64,000 nucleotides of DNA, taken from the NCBI GenBank assembly GCA_000999025.1, contig LCFM01000001.1:1198-65197 (forward strand), read 5' to 3'. The first letter of the stretch is position 1, and every line of letters starts with the position of its first letter. Of this stretch, positions 31,887 through 42,113 are shown piece by piece. Under the pieces are notes generated by a model, which saw nothing but the letters and a program-made list of their open reading frames with translations, did not search any database and was not told where the DNA came from. The stretch comes from Parcubacteria group bacterium GW2011_GWA2_43_13. Its GTDB lineage: Bacteria; Patescibacteriota; Patescibacteriia; UBA9629; GWA2-43-13. Made by a program: the position numbers and the translations under genes.

Positions 31887-33146
31887 CTATTTTGAACTCA
31901 TCTCCCACACCCCATTCCATCCGCTTGCAGGCGGCTGTTTTTTATACTGCTCACATCGTTCCATAAACATATCTGCCAACTGTTCGCTTTTGTATGATTT
32001 TACGCGATCCCATGCCTCAAGAGCTTCATCCCATCTCTGCGCAGTATAGAGCGATAACGCTACCTCTGTCGCTTGAATCAAAGGTTCATACTCGACTTTG
32101 CGCTCATTGACATCCAACACTTCATATATCTCAACTGGTTCTTTTTTCCCTTTTACTGCGACCATATCCAATTTTCGCGTTACAAAAAAATCTTTTACCC
32201 CAAGATACGTTCCCTGGCTTATGATAATCATTGCGCCGTAATATTTTGTCAGCCCTTCAAGCCGAGATGCAAGATTCACGGCATCGCCCATAACTGTATA
32301 ATTAAACCGCGTATTTGATCCCATATTACCAACGACCATGCGCCCTGTGTTGATTCCTATCCCTATTTTTATATCCGGCCATCCGTGTGTATGACATGTC
32401 TGATTCACAAAACCAAGGGCTTGCTTCATATCCAATGCCGCCTGCACCGCATGCCACGCATGATCACTATCATCAAGAGGAGCTCCCCAAAACGCCATCA
32501 CCGCATCTCCGATATATTTATCCACTACGCCTTTGTGGCGCAGGACAATATCTGTCATTGGCGTTAAATATTCATTCAATACAGCAACCAGCTGTTGAGG
32601 AGTCAATTGTTCAGAAAAAGATGAAAACGAACGAATATCGGAAAAAAATACTGTCATTTCGCGCTCTTCGCCTCCAAGTTTCAATTGCTCAGGATGCTCT
32701 GAAAGCTCTTTCACATACTGCGGAGCAAGGTAGAGTTCAAAACTCTTTTTAATATAATTTTTCTCTTTATCCAGCAATAAAACATTATACGCAATATTTA
32801 TACCGTATACGACCATGCCAAATAGAAACGGCATGGCAATATCTAATCCTCCGATTCCCTTTGCTATTCCCATATACACCGCCAGCATGCCGAACGGCAC
32901 TGGCAAGGAATATTTCGGAGGAACATTGTTGATGAATAGTACCAACATAACGCCTTCAAACAACAAATTGCGCATGAGCAATATCATGCTTTCTACTATA
33001 TAAGGTGTGCCGTAAAACCATGAACCAATTCCTACGCGGAATGATTCCGCCATTCCGGCAAACGCGCCGAACGCAATCCAAATACACCCTGCCGCAATAA
33101 GATTGCGCTGAATTTTTTTATTCCAATACTGGAATGTCACGCGCAT
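31887..33146 (-). CDS. Membrane-bound class III adenylate cyclase
   Basis: FFSDIRSFS, DKYIGDAVMA, YTVMGDAVNLASRLEG; K and T specificity residues indicate ATP; N-terminal TMs. Confidence 0.92.
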   Translation of the reverse strand: MRVTFQYWNKKIQRNLIAAGCIWIAFGAFAGMAESFRVGIGSWFYGTPYIVESMILLMRNLLFEGVMLVLFINNVPPKYSLPVPFGMLAVYMGIAKGIGGLDIAMPFLFGMVVYGINIAYNVLLLDKEKNYIKKSFELYLAPQYVKELSEHPEQLKLGGEEREMTVFFSDIRSFSSFSEQLTPQQLVAVLNEYLTPMTDIVLRHKGVVDKYIGDAVMAFWGAPLDDSDHAWHAVQAALDMKQALGFVNQTCHTHGWPDIKIGIGINTGRMVVGNMGSNTRFNYTVMGDAVNLASRLEGLTKYYGAMIIISQGTYLGVKDFFVTRKLDMVAVKGKKEPVEIYEVLDVNERKVEYEPLIQATEVALSLYTAQRWDEALEAWDRVKSYKSEQLADMFMERCEQYKKQPPASGWNGVWEMSSK

Positions 33147-33156
33147 ACATTACATT

Positions 33157-34278
33157 CTAATCATCTGTCTGCGGTTTATCCAACATGAGAGCTTCTATCT
33201 CACCGCCTGTTTCTTTATCTGTAATCTTCATAACATCCTTATCTATTTTTTGAAGTTCTTTATACGCCGTATTGTAGGCATTAACGGTTGTGCCAAGATT
33301 CCCTCCCAATTTTTTCATATACTCGTCATACGCTGTCATGTGCCGACCTAACTGCCCGATTCTTCCAATAATATCTTTTATTGACTCTTGTACTTTCATG
33401 GCGCGCAACCCATGCAACACTGTTTGCAAATACGCGAAAAAAGAGGTAGGAGAAACAATTAAAACATTTTTCCGAAACGCATATTCCATCAAACTCTGCG
33501 CGTTCACATCTAATGTCCCGGTTTTAAACACTAATAAATCATAATAAATACCTTCAGCAGGCAAAAACATAAACGAAAAATCAAGAGTGCGCTTTTGCGG
33601 CTGGATATATTTTGCTGTTTCGTCTATGCGCATTTTCACGTCCGCTTTAAACGATTTTTCAAGTTCCGCGCGTCGAGCAGGATCATTTTCTTCTTGGATC
33701 ATATTGTATTTTTCCAAAGAAAACTTTGCATCAATCGGAATAATTTTATCCTGCACAAAAATTGCGGCATCCACAATCAATTCCTGATTTGTTTTATCAT
33801 CTATGCCCAACGAATACTGCATTTGATACTGCCCGGGTTGAAGACAATTGGAAAGAAGGGCTTCAAGCCAGTACTCGCTTAACACACCGCGGCGTTTGGG
33901 ATTTTTTAAAATATTCTCCAATGACTGCATTTGCTCGGCAAACCCTTTCACCTGTTTGTTTGTCTCGTCGAGTTGGGTTAATTTTTGCGTTACTTCGGTA
34001 ATAATTTTTGTTGTCTGGCCAAAATGCTGTTGCAATGTTTGCGTTGATTGATTTTGATGCGCCATGATTTGATTTGTTATTTTATCCAACTGGGATACCA
34101 TCTCCTGCCTGCTCTTGCCACCTGATTCTTGAAATTCTTTGCGCAGATTATCAACCATATCTAACATCAACCTCTGCCAACTATCATCAGCCGGTTTTTG
34201 AAGTTTGCTAAATTTGGTGATCAAAAATATTACCGCACCAAGTACTATGAGTAATAAAACAATAAAAATAATTTCCAT
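33157..34278 (-). CDS. rmuC: DNA recombination protein RmuC
   Basis: N-terminal TM, coiled coil, PKRRG, IPIDAKF, FMFLPAEG, VSPTS. Confidence 0.93.
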   Translation of the reverse strand: MEIIFIVLLLIVLGAVIFLITKFSKLQKPADDSWQRLMLDMVDNLRKEFQESGGKSRQEMVSQLDKITNQIMAHQNQSTQTLQQHFGQTTKIITEVTQKLTQLDETNKQVKGFAEQMQSLENILKNPKRRGVLSEYWLEALLSNCLQPGQYQMQYSLGIDDKTNQELIVDAAIFVQDKIIPIDAKFSLEKYNMIQEENDPARRAELEKSFKADVKMRIDETAKYIQPQKRTLDFSFMFLPAEGIYYDLLVFKTGTLDVNAQSLMEYAFRKNVLIVSPTSFFAYLQTVLHGLRAMKVQESIKDIIGRIGQLGRHMTAYDEYMKKLGGNLGTTVNAYNTAYKELQKIDKDVMKITDKETGGEIEALMLDKPQTDD

Positions 34279-34310
34279 ATAGAAAGAATCCTGTAGAGAC
34301 GGGGTCGTCT

Positions 34311-35093
34311 CTACAATCCAAAAAATTCAATCGCATTCTGTGTCGTCTGTTCAAGCACCTCATCATACTCCTTGCCATGAATCTCGGCAACTTTAAGGGC
34401 AACCTCCTCAACATACAGCGGTTCATTCTGTTTTCCGCGATAACGAGCAGGGGCAAGATACGGAGAATCCGTCTCTACCATAAGCCGATCAAGAGATACT
34501 GCTTTTACTGTTGCCTCCAGCTCTTTGGCAAATGTAATCACACCGGTAAACGAAATCATGCATCCAGTAGATAAAATCTGTTGTGCTTGTTTAGCAGTAC
34601 CAGTAAAACAGTGGAATACGGCGCGTACAGCCATCCCCCCTCTCAATACCCCCAAAACATCCTCAATCGCTGTTGGTAATGTTTCTGCAGTGCCACGTGA
34701 ATGAATAATCAACGGTTTATCCAATGCGCGCGCAACGTGCACATGCCCTGTTAAAAATTCTTTTTGCAATTCATGCGACGCAATCTCTTCTGGCCGGTAA
34801 AGATCAATACCTGTTTCCCCTATCCCCACCACCTTATTGTCCTGTGCCAAGGAGGTCAACCAATCGCCATCAAACGGCTCATCACCCACATGACTTGGAT
34901 GCTGTCCCACTGCCACGTATACTGGATCATTGGTATACTCATGCGCAATCATCACTGCTCGCTCGCTGGTATCTTTCGCCGCTCCGATAATAATCAAGCC
35001 CATGTCTTTGGCAAGGGCTCGCTCAATCGTTTCGCGATAGGTATCTCGAAACACCTTAAAATTAAGATGACAGTGCGTGTCAATTATCCTCAT
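34311..35093 (-). CDS. tatD: TatD family DNase
   Basis: IDTHCHL, GETGID, IIHSR, FHCF, ETDSPYLAP. Confidence 0.93.
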   Translation of the reverse strand: MRIIDTHCHLNFKVFRDTYRETIERALAKDMGLIIIGAAKDTSERAVMIAHEYTNDPVYVAVGQHPSHVGDEPFDGDWLTSLAQDNKVVGIGETGIDLYRPEEIASHELQKEFLTGHVHVARALDKPLIIHSRGTAETLPTAIEDVLGVLRGGMAVRAVFHCFTGTAKQAQQILSTGCMISFTGVITFAKELEATVKAVSLDRLMVETDSPYLAPARYRGKQNEPLYVEEVALKVAEIHGKEYDEVLEQTTQNAIEFFGL

Positions 35094-35596
35094 AATAAAG
35101 AGACGGCATTCAAAGCATCTCGAATTGATGGCGGTAAAATGGGAAGCAGTATTCCGGTCAAAGCGAATATAAGTTTCATAATCAAACTTCTTTCAATTTG
35201 GCCTAATAAAAACGGATTGGTCACCATGCGGATCACAACTGGAAATCCCATCCCAATACCCAAAATGTAAGCCGCAATGGCGAACACCGCACCCAATAGC
35301 TTATTGATAAATTTTGTCAAAGGAATGATTTGTATCATTCTCCAAAACCTATCAAGCAAGAGAATAAACAAAGCAACCAAGCGATTCGCCAACACGAAAA
35401 TAAAAGCAAAGGCAAGCACTGTTTTAAATGTTCCGCCACCGATAAACGCGGCGGCAGGCTCATATAACCAAGTGGCAACCAAAAAACCTATGGCAACAGC
35501 AAAAAAAACGCCTATGCTTTTAATAAGACCTTTCCCCCATCCATACGCCCAAACAAAGAGAGCGCCGACAACAAGAATTGCGTCAAAATACGACAT
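35090..35596 (-). CDS. CvpA (colicin V production) family membrane protein
   Basis: D..L.....YGWGKGLIK and NKLLGAVF; 4 TM. Confidence 0.8.
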   Translation of the reverse strand: MSYFDAILVVGALFVWAYGWGKGLIKSIGVFFAVAIGFLVATWLYEPAAAFIGGGTFKTVLAFAFIFVLANRLVALFILLLDRFWRMIQIIPLTKFINKLLGAVFAIAAYILGIGMGFPVVIRMVTNPFLLGQIERSLIMKLIFALTGILLPILPPSIRDALNAVSLL

Positions 35597-35664
35597 ACGA
35601 AAATACATTACAAAAAACAAATAACAGGAGACAAAAACGATTATTACATACTACCAACAAACTA

Positions 35665-37107
35665 TCATGCCTTTCGTGGAAAAAGCGCATCCCCTTTTGT
35701 AATATCGCGAGAAGAAAAACGAACCAATATCTCTTGACACACATGTGGCATAACCGGTTCAAGCGCAGATGCTATTGTTACAATGCTATTGCTCGCATCT
35801 TGTAAAATCTGCTTCACTTCAGTTCGATCACTCTCGATAGTTGGATCTTTTTTCCATGGCTCGGAAGTTGCAAGCGCAAGATCGCTCTCACGCGCTTTTT
35901 TCATAATCTCGGCAATGGATTCGGTAATTTGAAATCCCTTCATGTGCTCTCGAATAGATACCATAAACCCTTCATCAACACACGGTGTAATATCTGCTTG
36001 TAAATGAAAATTTTCAATTAACGTACTCACTCGCTGAACAAGGTTACCAATCCCGTTCGCAAGATCTGCGTTGTAATTTTCTTTAAATCGTGAAAATGCG
36101 ATATCGCCATCCTGTCCAAATGGAAATTGCGTCAGTAATAAATACCGCGCGCTGTCTGCTCCATATTCAGAAACCAAATCATTCGGACTAATAACATTAC
36201 CTATTGTCTTTGACATTTTTTGTCCGTCAACAGTAAAAAAACCATGAATAGTAACTCCTCGCGGAGGCATAAGATCAATTGCCATTAACAGCGCTGGCCA
36301 ATATATCGCATGGAATTTTAAAATATCTTTTCCACACACATGAACATCAGCTGGCCATTTCGGAAGATTTTCTTGCGATTGATTATTCCCCCACCCAGTT
36401 GCGGAAAGATAATTAATCAACGCATCCACCCATACATAAATAGTTTGCGTCTCATCCCATGGGAGCGGTATCCCCCAGTCAACACCAGCTCTGGTGACTG
36501 AAAAATCCTGCAAATCCTGTTTCAACAACGCCAGCACTTCATTGCGAAAATGGTCAGGCGCAACAATAATACGATTTTCTTGAATCGCCCGCTCTACCTG
36601 GGGAAGATATGCGGTCAGCCGAAAAAACCAGTTATTCTCTTTCAAAAGTTCCGGCTCTTTATTATGATGCGGACATTTCCCATCAATCAAATCTTTTTCT
36701 TGAATAAAACTTTCACATCCTGTGCAATACAGGCCTTCATATTCCCCTTCATAGATAGCGTCTTTTGCTTTTAATTCTTTTAAAAATGCCTGCACGGTTT
36801 CAATATGATAGCTTTCCGTGGTTCGAATGAACCGATTGTGGGAAATACAAAGACCTGCCCAAGCAGATTGAAACAGTTCTGCTATTTCATCACAAAACTC
36901 CTGCGGTTGTTTGCCTACTTTTTCCGCTGACTGGGCTACTTTCGCCCCGTGCTCATCAGTGCCAGTTAAAAAATACGCGGACTCGCCGCAAGCCCGATGA
37001 GCCCGCGCCACAACATCAGCAACAAGTGTAGCATACGCATGCCCGATATGGGGCTTGTCATTGACATAATAGATCGGCGTTGTAATAAAAAATTCATTCT
37101 CTTTCAT
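35665..37107 (-). CDS. metG: Methionyl-tRNA synthetase (short form)
   Basis: TTPIYYVNDKPHIGH, GTDEHG, YVWVDAL, KMSKT. Confidence 0.96.
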   Translation of the reverse strand: MKENEFFITTPIYYVNDKPHIGHAYATLVADVVARAHRACGESAYFLTGTDEHGAKVAQSAEKVGKQPQEFCDEIAELFQSAWAGLCISHNRFIRTTESYHIETVQAFLKELKAKDAIYEGEYEGLYCTGCESFIQEKDLIDGKCPHHNKEPELLKENNWFFRLTAYLPQVERAIQENRIIVAPDHFRNEVLALLKQDLQDFSVTRAGVDWGIPLPWDETQTIYVWVDALINYLSATGWGNNQSQENLPKWPADVHVCGKDILKFHAIYWPALLMAIDLMPPRGVTIHGFFTVDGQKMSKTIGNVISPNDLVSEYGADSARYLLLTQFPFGQDGDIAFSRFKENYNADLANGIGNLVQRVSTLIENFHLQADITPCVDEGFMVSIREHMKGFQITESIAEIMKKARESDLALATSEPWKKDPTIESDRTEVKQILQDASNSIVTIASALEPVMPHVCQEILVRFSSRDITKGDALFPRKA

Positions 37108-37155
37108 ACTGGTTAGAATATCAAAAAAGAGAGCTCATGTACAGCTCAACGATGC

Positions 37156-37222
37156 GAAGACGCCCCATCGGGGCGTCTCTACAATATAGTGCAGTGGAGA
37201 CGGGGCGTTGCCCCGTCTCCAC
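37156..37222. repeat. Pair of family A palindromes at the rsmI 3' end
   Basis: AGACGCCCCatcGGGGCGTCTCTAC (ends 37182) and GTGGAGACGGGGCgttGCCCCGTCTCCAC (37194-37222). Confidence 0.88.
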
Positions 37223-37877
37223 TATATGAAAACAGGGCAAGAATGACGACAAACTCACCTTTTTCTACAATATTTGGCACAATTTCTTCAATCGTGCCGC
37301 GATACACGGTTTCAAACATTTTTGTCAACTCCCTGCATACAATAACATGACGATCACCAATCAACGGCTTAAGTTCGTTCAACGTTTTTTTGATTCTATG
37401 GCAGGATTCATAAAAGACGGCTGGATAAGATGATTCGGCAATGTTAGCAAGAAAGGTTTTGCGCCCTTTTTTATGAGGGATAAAACCCCAAAATACAAAT
37501 CGATCTGTACCAATACCGGCAACTGAAAGAGCGGCAGAAAGAGCGCTTGGTCCGGGAACGGAAACAACCTCAATCCCAGCCATAATTGCATGATGAACAA
37601 AGATATTCCCAGGATCAGAAATACCTGGTGTCCCGGCGTCAGTAACCAATGCCGCATGCTCACCATTTTTCAAACGCTCTATAATCATTTCAATCTTTTG
37701 AGATGAACTGTGATGATGACAACTTACACACTCTTTTTTTATATCATACATTCCCAAAAGTTTATGCGTAACCCGCGTATCCTCGCATAATATAAAATCA
37801 ACCTCGCGCAATATTCGCAAGGCCCTCAATGTAATATCTTCTCTGTTTCCAATGGGAGTGGCTACACTATACAGCAT
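37179..37877 (-). CDS. rsmI: 16S rRNA C1402 2'-O-methyltransferase
   Basis: VATPIGNREDITLRA, EDTR, DAGTPGISDPG, RELTKMFE, KGEFV. Confidence 0.95.
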   Translation of the reverse strand: MLYSVATPIGNREDITLRALRILREVDFILCEDTRVTHKLLGMYDIKKECVSCHHHSSSQKIEMIIERLKNGEHAALVTDAGTPGISDPGNIFVHHAIMAGIEVVSVPGPSALSAALSVAGIGTDRFVFWGFIPHKKGRKTFLANIAESSYPAVFYESCHRIKKTLNELKPLIGDRHVIVCRELTKMFETVYRGTIEEIVPNIVEKGEFVVILALFSYSGDGATPRLHCTIL

Positions 37878-37878
37878 A

Positions 37879-38931
37879 CTATGCATCTTCTTCTTTATCT
37901 TCCTTTTCAAACACATCTCTTAAAAACACTGACGCGGCAGTTACCAACGGGATCGCAATAATAGCGCCGGCAATACCTGCAATTTTCCCGCCAACCAATA
38001 CAGCAACAATACTGACAATCGGATTCAATCCGACTGCTTTCTGCATGATCTTTGGCACAATAACATGATTTTCAAAAAACTGAATAATGTAATATAACCC
38101 TCCAACTAATATCACCTTCACAATGTCACCCTGCGCAAGCACAAAAAACATTGCAACCAAGGCGGAAAAAATCGGCCCTAAAAATGGAACTATCTCAAAA
38201 ATCCCGGCAATCAAAGCAAGCAGTAAACTATACGGCACACCTAAAATAGTAAGCCCAAGCCAGGTGAAAGCAAAAATAATAAAAGATAAAATAATCTGAC
38301 CCCGTAACCATAACCCCATTTTCGTCTGAATCCGAGAAAGTAGTTGTGTTAAATAGGGTTGAATTTTATCAGGAGTAACCGCGCGTAAGGCACGTTTCAT
38401 GCCGCGATCTTCCACAACCAAATAAAATGTCAGCACCAATACCAAAACAAACATCGCAACCGAGCCGATCACACCGCTTGCCGCGGAAAAAAGATTGCTC
38501 GGGTTTGTCCATTTATTGATTTGGTCAGACACACCCTGCAATGACTGATGAAGCGTATCAGATGATTGCGTATTCTGCGGAGTTGACAGTTGAAAATTCC
38601 CAATGACAGTTTGAACGCTTTCGTAATATTTAGGAAAATAGGTAGTTACCTGATTCACCTGCTCGCGCAAGGCAGGGATCAGTTGAACAAAAATCAATAT
38701 AATGATTGAAAAAAACGCAATATACATGACAAGCATTCCCAACCATCGAGGCATTTTCCGCCGCTCAAACCAGTCAACCCATGGATCAATGGCTGAAGCA
38801 AAAATCAGCGCCAAAAAAAGAACCAATACAATATCTCTCACAATATACAAAAAAACCAATGCCAAAAGCACGATCACTATTTTAACAATCGTGAGAGATG
38901 AAATCGTAACAGTATAATGTTTTTCAGGCAT
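37879..38931 (-). CDS. AI-2E family transporter
   Basis: Multi-TM; WLRGQ, IVPFLGP, IQFFENHVIVPKIM, GLNP. Confidence 0.9.
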   Translation of the reverse strand: MPEKHYTVTISSLTIVKIVIVLLALVFLYIVRDIVLVLFLALIFASAIDPWVDWFERRKMPRWLGMLVMYIAFFSIIILIFVQLIPALREQVNQVTTYFPKYYESVQTVIGNFQLSTPQNTQSSDTLHQSLQGVSDQINKWTNPSNLFSAASGVIGSVAMFVLVLVLTFYLVVEDRGMKRALRAVTPDKIQPYLTQLLSRIQTKMGLWLRGQIILSFIIFAFTWLGLTILGVPYSLLLALIAGIFEIVPFLGPIFSALVAMFFVLAQGDIVKVILVGGLYYIIQFFENHVIVPKIMQKAVGLNPIVSIVAVLVGGKIAGIAGAIIAIPLVTAASVFLRDVFEKEDKEEDA

Positions 38932-39044
38932 ACCCTGTTTTATGCCAAATATGGTATTCGGCAACAACCCCTAATAGTATATCGCAGATAAGATTGAGCC
39001 ACAATACTTTGTAAAAACGCGTAGAAACGGGGTTAACCCCGTCT

Positions 39045-40319
39045 CTACAACTGCAACAGCGGATGAAACTGCTGTGTGTCTTCAAACGGACCGATAATGG
39101 CAAGAGCGAGTTTATTCTTTTTCAACAATTGCATGCTGACTCGCTGAATATCAGCACGGGTTACTCTATCAATTTCTGCAAGAACTTCTTCCGGGGTCTT
39201 GATTTCATTGACTAATAATTTTCGCGTTCCAAAAAACTGGGCAATGCTTAACGAATCCTCAACCTGTAACATAGTACTGCCGCGCACGCCTTCTTTTGCT
39301 TCTTTTAATTCTTTAAGCGTTACCCCCTTGGTTTTCAAGCGGTTTAATTCTTTCAAAATCAAGCGTATCGCCTCATGGATTCTGCTTTTATCCAATCCAG
39401 CCCGAACATACCATGATCCGGCATCTGCGTACGAGTCAGCAGAAGATCGAATATAATAACACAACCCTTGCCGTTCGCGGATATTAATGAATAGCCGTGA
39501 ACTCATTGATCCCCCTAAAATACGATTCGCAACAGCAAGCGCAAACCGATCTTTATGCGTATAGGATATGCCCGGCACGCCCATCACCAAGTGCACCTGT
39601 TCTGTGTCTTTGAATTTCACTGCGACCTGCGGTTTAGCAAGAGTGTTGATATATGAAGATCGCTTTAGTCGGCGTCCATTCGCCTGTTTTTTGTTAAACA
39701 TTTTTTCAATATCTTTTTTTAAGTGTTCTTTTTCAGGAACCCTTCCAGAAACAACCAACAATACATGGTGCGACGCGTACCAACTTTTTCGATACGCAAG
39801 AATGGTGTTGCGCGTCATTCCTGCAATACTTCTTTTTGTACCGATGACAGACCGACCCAAACAGGTGGCATCGTCAAAAAGCGTTTGTTCGAACAAATCC
39901 TCGGAAGACATCATTGGGTTGTCTTCATACATGTTGATTTCTTCCAAAATCACTCCTCGCTCCCGCTCGATTTCTTCTGCCGCAAACAGCGGGTTGTATA
40001 GCATATCGGAAAGCACATCAAACGCAAGGCATAATTTTTCATGCTGAATTTTGATGTAATAGGCAGTATGATCTTTGCTCGTATACGCGTTAAACTCCGC
40101 GCCAACAGCGTCCAATGTACGGGAGAGTATTTCCGTATTAGGATATTTTTTTGTGCCCTTAAATAACAGATGTTCAATAAAATGAGACACTCCTGTGTTT
40201 TTTGCGTTTTCTTCCCGCGAGCCGACGTTTACCATCATCATGACACTTGCGGCCTGCGTTTCATGCTGGGGAATCACCAGCACTTCTATTCCGTTTGATA
40301 ATTTTTCTAAATAGTACAT
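39045..40319 (-). CDS. M16 family zinc peptidase
   Basis: HFIEH inverted zinc motif, NAYTS, EE at the third ligand, SSRLF..IRERQGLCY. Confidence 0.93.
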   Translation of the reverse strand: MYYLEKLSNGIEVLVIPQHETQAASVMMMVNVGSREENAKNTGVSHFIEHLLFKGTKKYPNTEILSRTLDAVGAEFNAYTSKDHTAYYIKIQHEKLCLAFDVLSDMLYNPLFAAEEIERERGVILEEINMYEDNPMMSSEDLFEQTLFDDATCLGRSVIGTKRSIAGMTRNTILAYRKSWYASHHVLLVVSGRVPEKEHLKKDIEKMFNKKQANGRRLKRSSYINTLAKPQVAVKFKDTEQVHLVMGVPGISYTHKDRFALAVANRILGGSMSSRLFINIRERQGLCYYIRSSADSYADAGSWYVRAGLDKSRIHEAIRLILKELNRLKTKGVTLKELKEAKEGVRGSTMLQVEDSLSIAQFFGTRKLLVNEIKTPEEVLAEIDRVTRADIQRVSMQLLKKNKLALAIIGPFEDTQQFHPLLQL

Positions 40320-40332
40320 ATTCGATGCAATT

Positions 40333-40360
40333 GTAGAGACGGGGTTAACCCCGTCTCTAC
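40333..40360. repeat. Family A perfect 28 bp palindrome
   Basis: Identical to 21737-21764; together with 39021-39048 it brackets the M16 gene. Confidence 0.95.
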
Positions 40361-40390
40361 GACTTACAATGCGTCATACTCCATTGTGTA

Positions 40391-41743
40391 TCAACTACTA
40401 AAATTTTGAAGCTTCTCTTGTATATATAATTTCAATTCATCAATTGCAACTCTCTCCTGCTCCATGGTATCGCGATGGCGGACAGTTACTTTGTTGTCTT
40501 CTACGCTTTCAAAATCAACAGTAATACACAACGGCGTGCCGATTTCATCCTGCCTGCGATACCGCCGTCCGATAGAACCGGATTCATCGTACTGTATAAC
40601 CCACTGCTTGCGCAATGTCGCGCAGATATCATGCGCAATCTGCGTTAATGGCTCTTTTTTTGAAAGCGGAAAAATTGCCGCTTTTACCGGCGCGATACTC
40701 GGATGAAACTTCAAGACCACTTCTGCGTCTTTATTCGCTGAAGTTGTCATGCTTCTGCCTCCTTCAATCACTGTATATGCGTTCAAGAGCGCGGCAAGCA
40801 TCAAACGAGATACGCCAACTGATGGCTCTATCACAAACGGAATATATTTTTCTCCTGTTGCGGGATCAAGATATTCCAATTTCTGACCAGAATATGTACT
40901 ATGCTGGGTTAAATCATATGCTTGCCGATTAGCAATACCCCATAATTCCTTAACGCCAAACGGGTATTCGAATTCTATATCAGTGGTTGCCTTGGAATAA
41001 AAGCACAGCTCTGCTTTTTCATGATCGCGAAAATGGAGATGTTCTTTTTTCAATCCAATATCATTAATGAGAAAATCCATACAAAATGTCCGCCAATAGG
41101 CAAACCATTCGTCATCAGTCCCGGGCTTTACAAAAAACTCCAATTCCATTTGTTCAAACTCGCGCACACGAAAAATAAAATTGCGAAATGTAATTTCATT
41201 ACGAAACGCCTTGCCGATTTGCGCAATGCCAAACGGAACTTTTGCACGCATCGCCTTTTGTACATTATCAAAGTTAACAAAAATACCTTGCGCTGTTTCC
41301 GGCCGCAAATACACACTATCCGAATCCTCTTGCGTAACTCCCACATGCGTTTGTAACATACCGTTAAACTGCCTTGGTTCTGTCAATTCACCGTTACATT
41401 CAGGACATTGAGTAACGCCCTCTTCTTGTAAATGATCCGCGCGAAATCGTTTATGGCAACTCTTGCATTCGGTCAATGGCTCTACAAACGATTTCACATG
41501 GCCGGATGCCTCCCAAATTTTTGATGCCATTAAAATCTGTGAGTCCAATCCATACACATCATCACGCTCCTGCACGATTTTTTGCCACCACTGTTTTTTT
41601 ATGTTATTGGCAAGTTCAATCCCCAACGGTCCTAAATCATATACCCCTGCCATACCGCCATATAGTTCTGATGACTGAAAAATAAACCCCCGCTGTTTTG
41701 CAAGCGAAACAATAGTTTCCATACGATCTTGTTCTTGTGGCAT
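40391..41743 (-). CDS. glyQS: Glycyl-tRNA synthetase, homodimeric type
   Basis: YLRPETAQG, QIGKAFRNEI, REFEQME, IEPSVG, IGRRYRRQDEIG. Confidence 0.96.
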   Translation of the reverse strand: MPQEQDRMETIVSLAKQRGFIFQSSELYGGMAGVYDLGPLGIELANNIKKQWWQKIVQERDDVYGLDSQILMASKIWEASGHVKSFVEPLTECKSCHKRFRADHLQEEGVTQCPECNGELTEPRQFNGMLQTHVGVTQEDSDSVYLRPETAQGIFVNFDNVQKAMRAKVPFGIAQIGKAFRNEITFRNFIFRVREFEQMELEFFVKPGTDDEWFAYWRTFCMDFLINDIGLKKEHLHFRDHEKAELCFYSKATTDIEFEYPFGVKELWGIANRQAYDLTQHSTYSGQKLEYLDPATGEKYIPFVIEPSVGVSRLMLAALLNAYTVIEGGRSMTTSANKDAEVVLKFHPSIAPVKAAIFPLSKKEPLTQIAHDICATLRKQWVIQYDESGSIGRRYRRQDEIGTPLCITVDFESVEDNKVTVRHRDTMEQERVAIDELKLYIQEKLQNFSS

Positions 41744-41847
41744 ATGCGTAGTGCCTAAAAATAACCTAAAACATTCTTACTATACCCAGTTAAGAACAAA
41801 AAAACAAGAGAGTCGCACTATACCGCGTACCCTCTTGTATATCGAGT

Positions 41848-42057
41848 TCACTGTGCATTGAACCCGAATAGAACATATCTGCCACATTGGTTGCATCGAA
41901 ACCCTACCACCTTCCCTTTTTTGATTTCCAATTGCAGGGTATTACTTTTCCCGCAATGCTGACACTCGTTTGTGCCCGATGAATAACTGCTATTGGCTCT
42001 TTTCCCTTCGCGAGGCGGAAACAACACCCCCCATAACCATGCTATTTGCTGTCTCAT
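41848..42057 (-). CDS. Small zinc-ribbon protein
   Basis: 69 aa, CQHC-x18-CNQC; strong AAGGAG SD before the ATG at 42057; hairpin plus T-run downstream (41800-41838). Confidence 0.55.
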   Translation of the reverse strand: MRQQIAWLWGVLFPPREGKRANSSYSSGTNECQHCGKSNTLQLEIKKGKVVGFRCNQCGRYVLFGFNAQ

Positions 42058-42113
42058 AGCAACTCCTTCCTCTAAATCAACTGTACCACGACTGATAAAA
42101 AAGAAAAGCGTTC

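Noticed and set aside
21737-40360. Identical 28 bp repeats as a CRISPR array
   Set aside because: Copies are dispersed over kilobases with no regular spacers, and no cas genes are present; they are REP-like palindromes.
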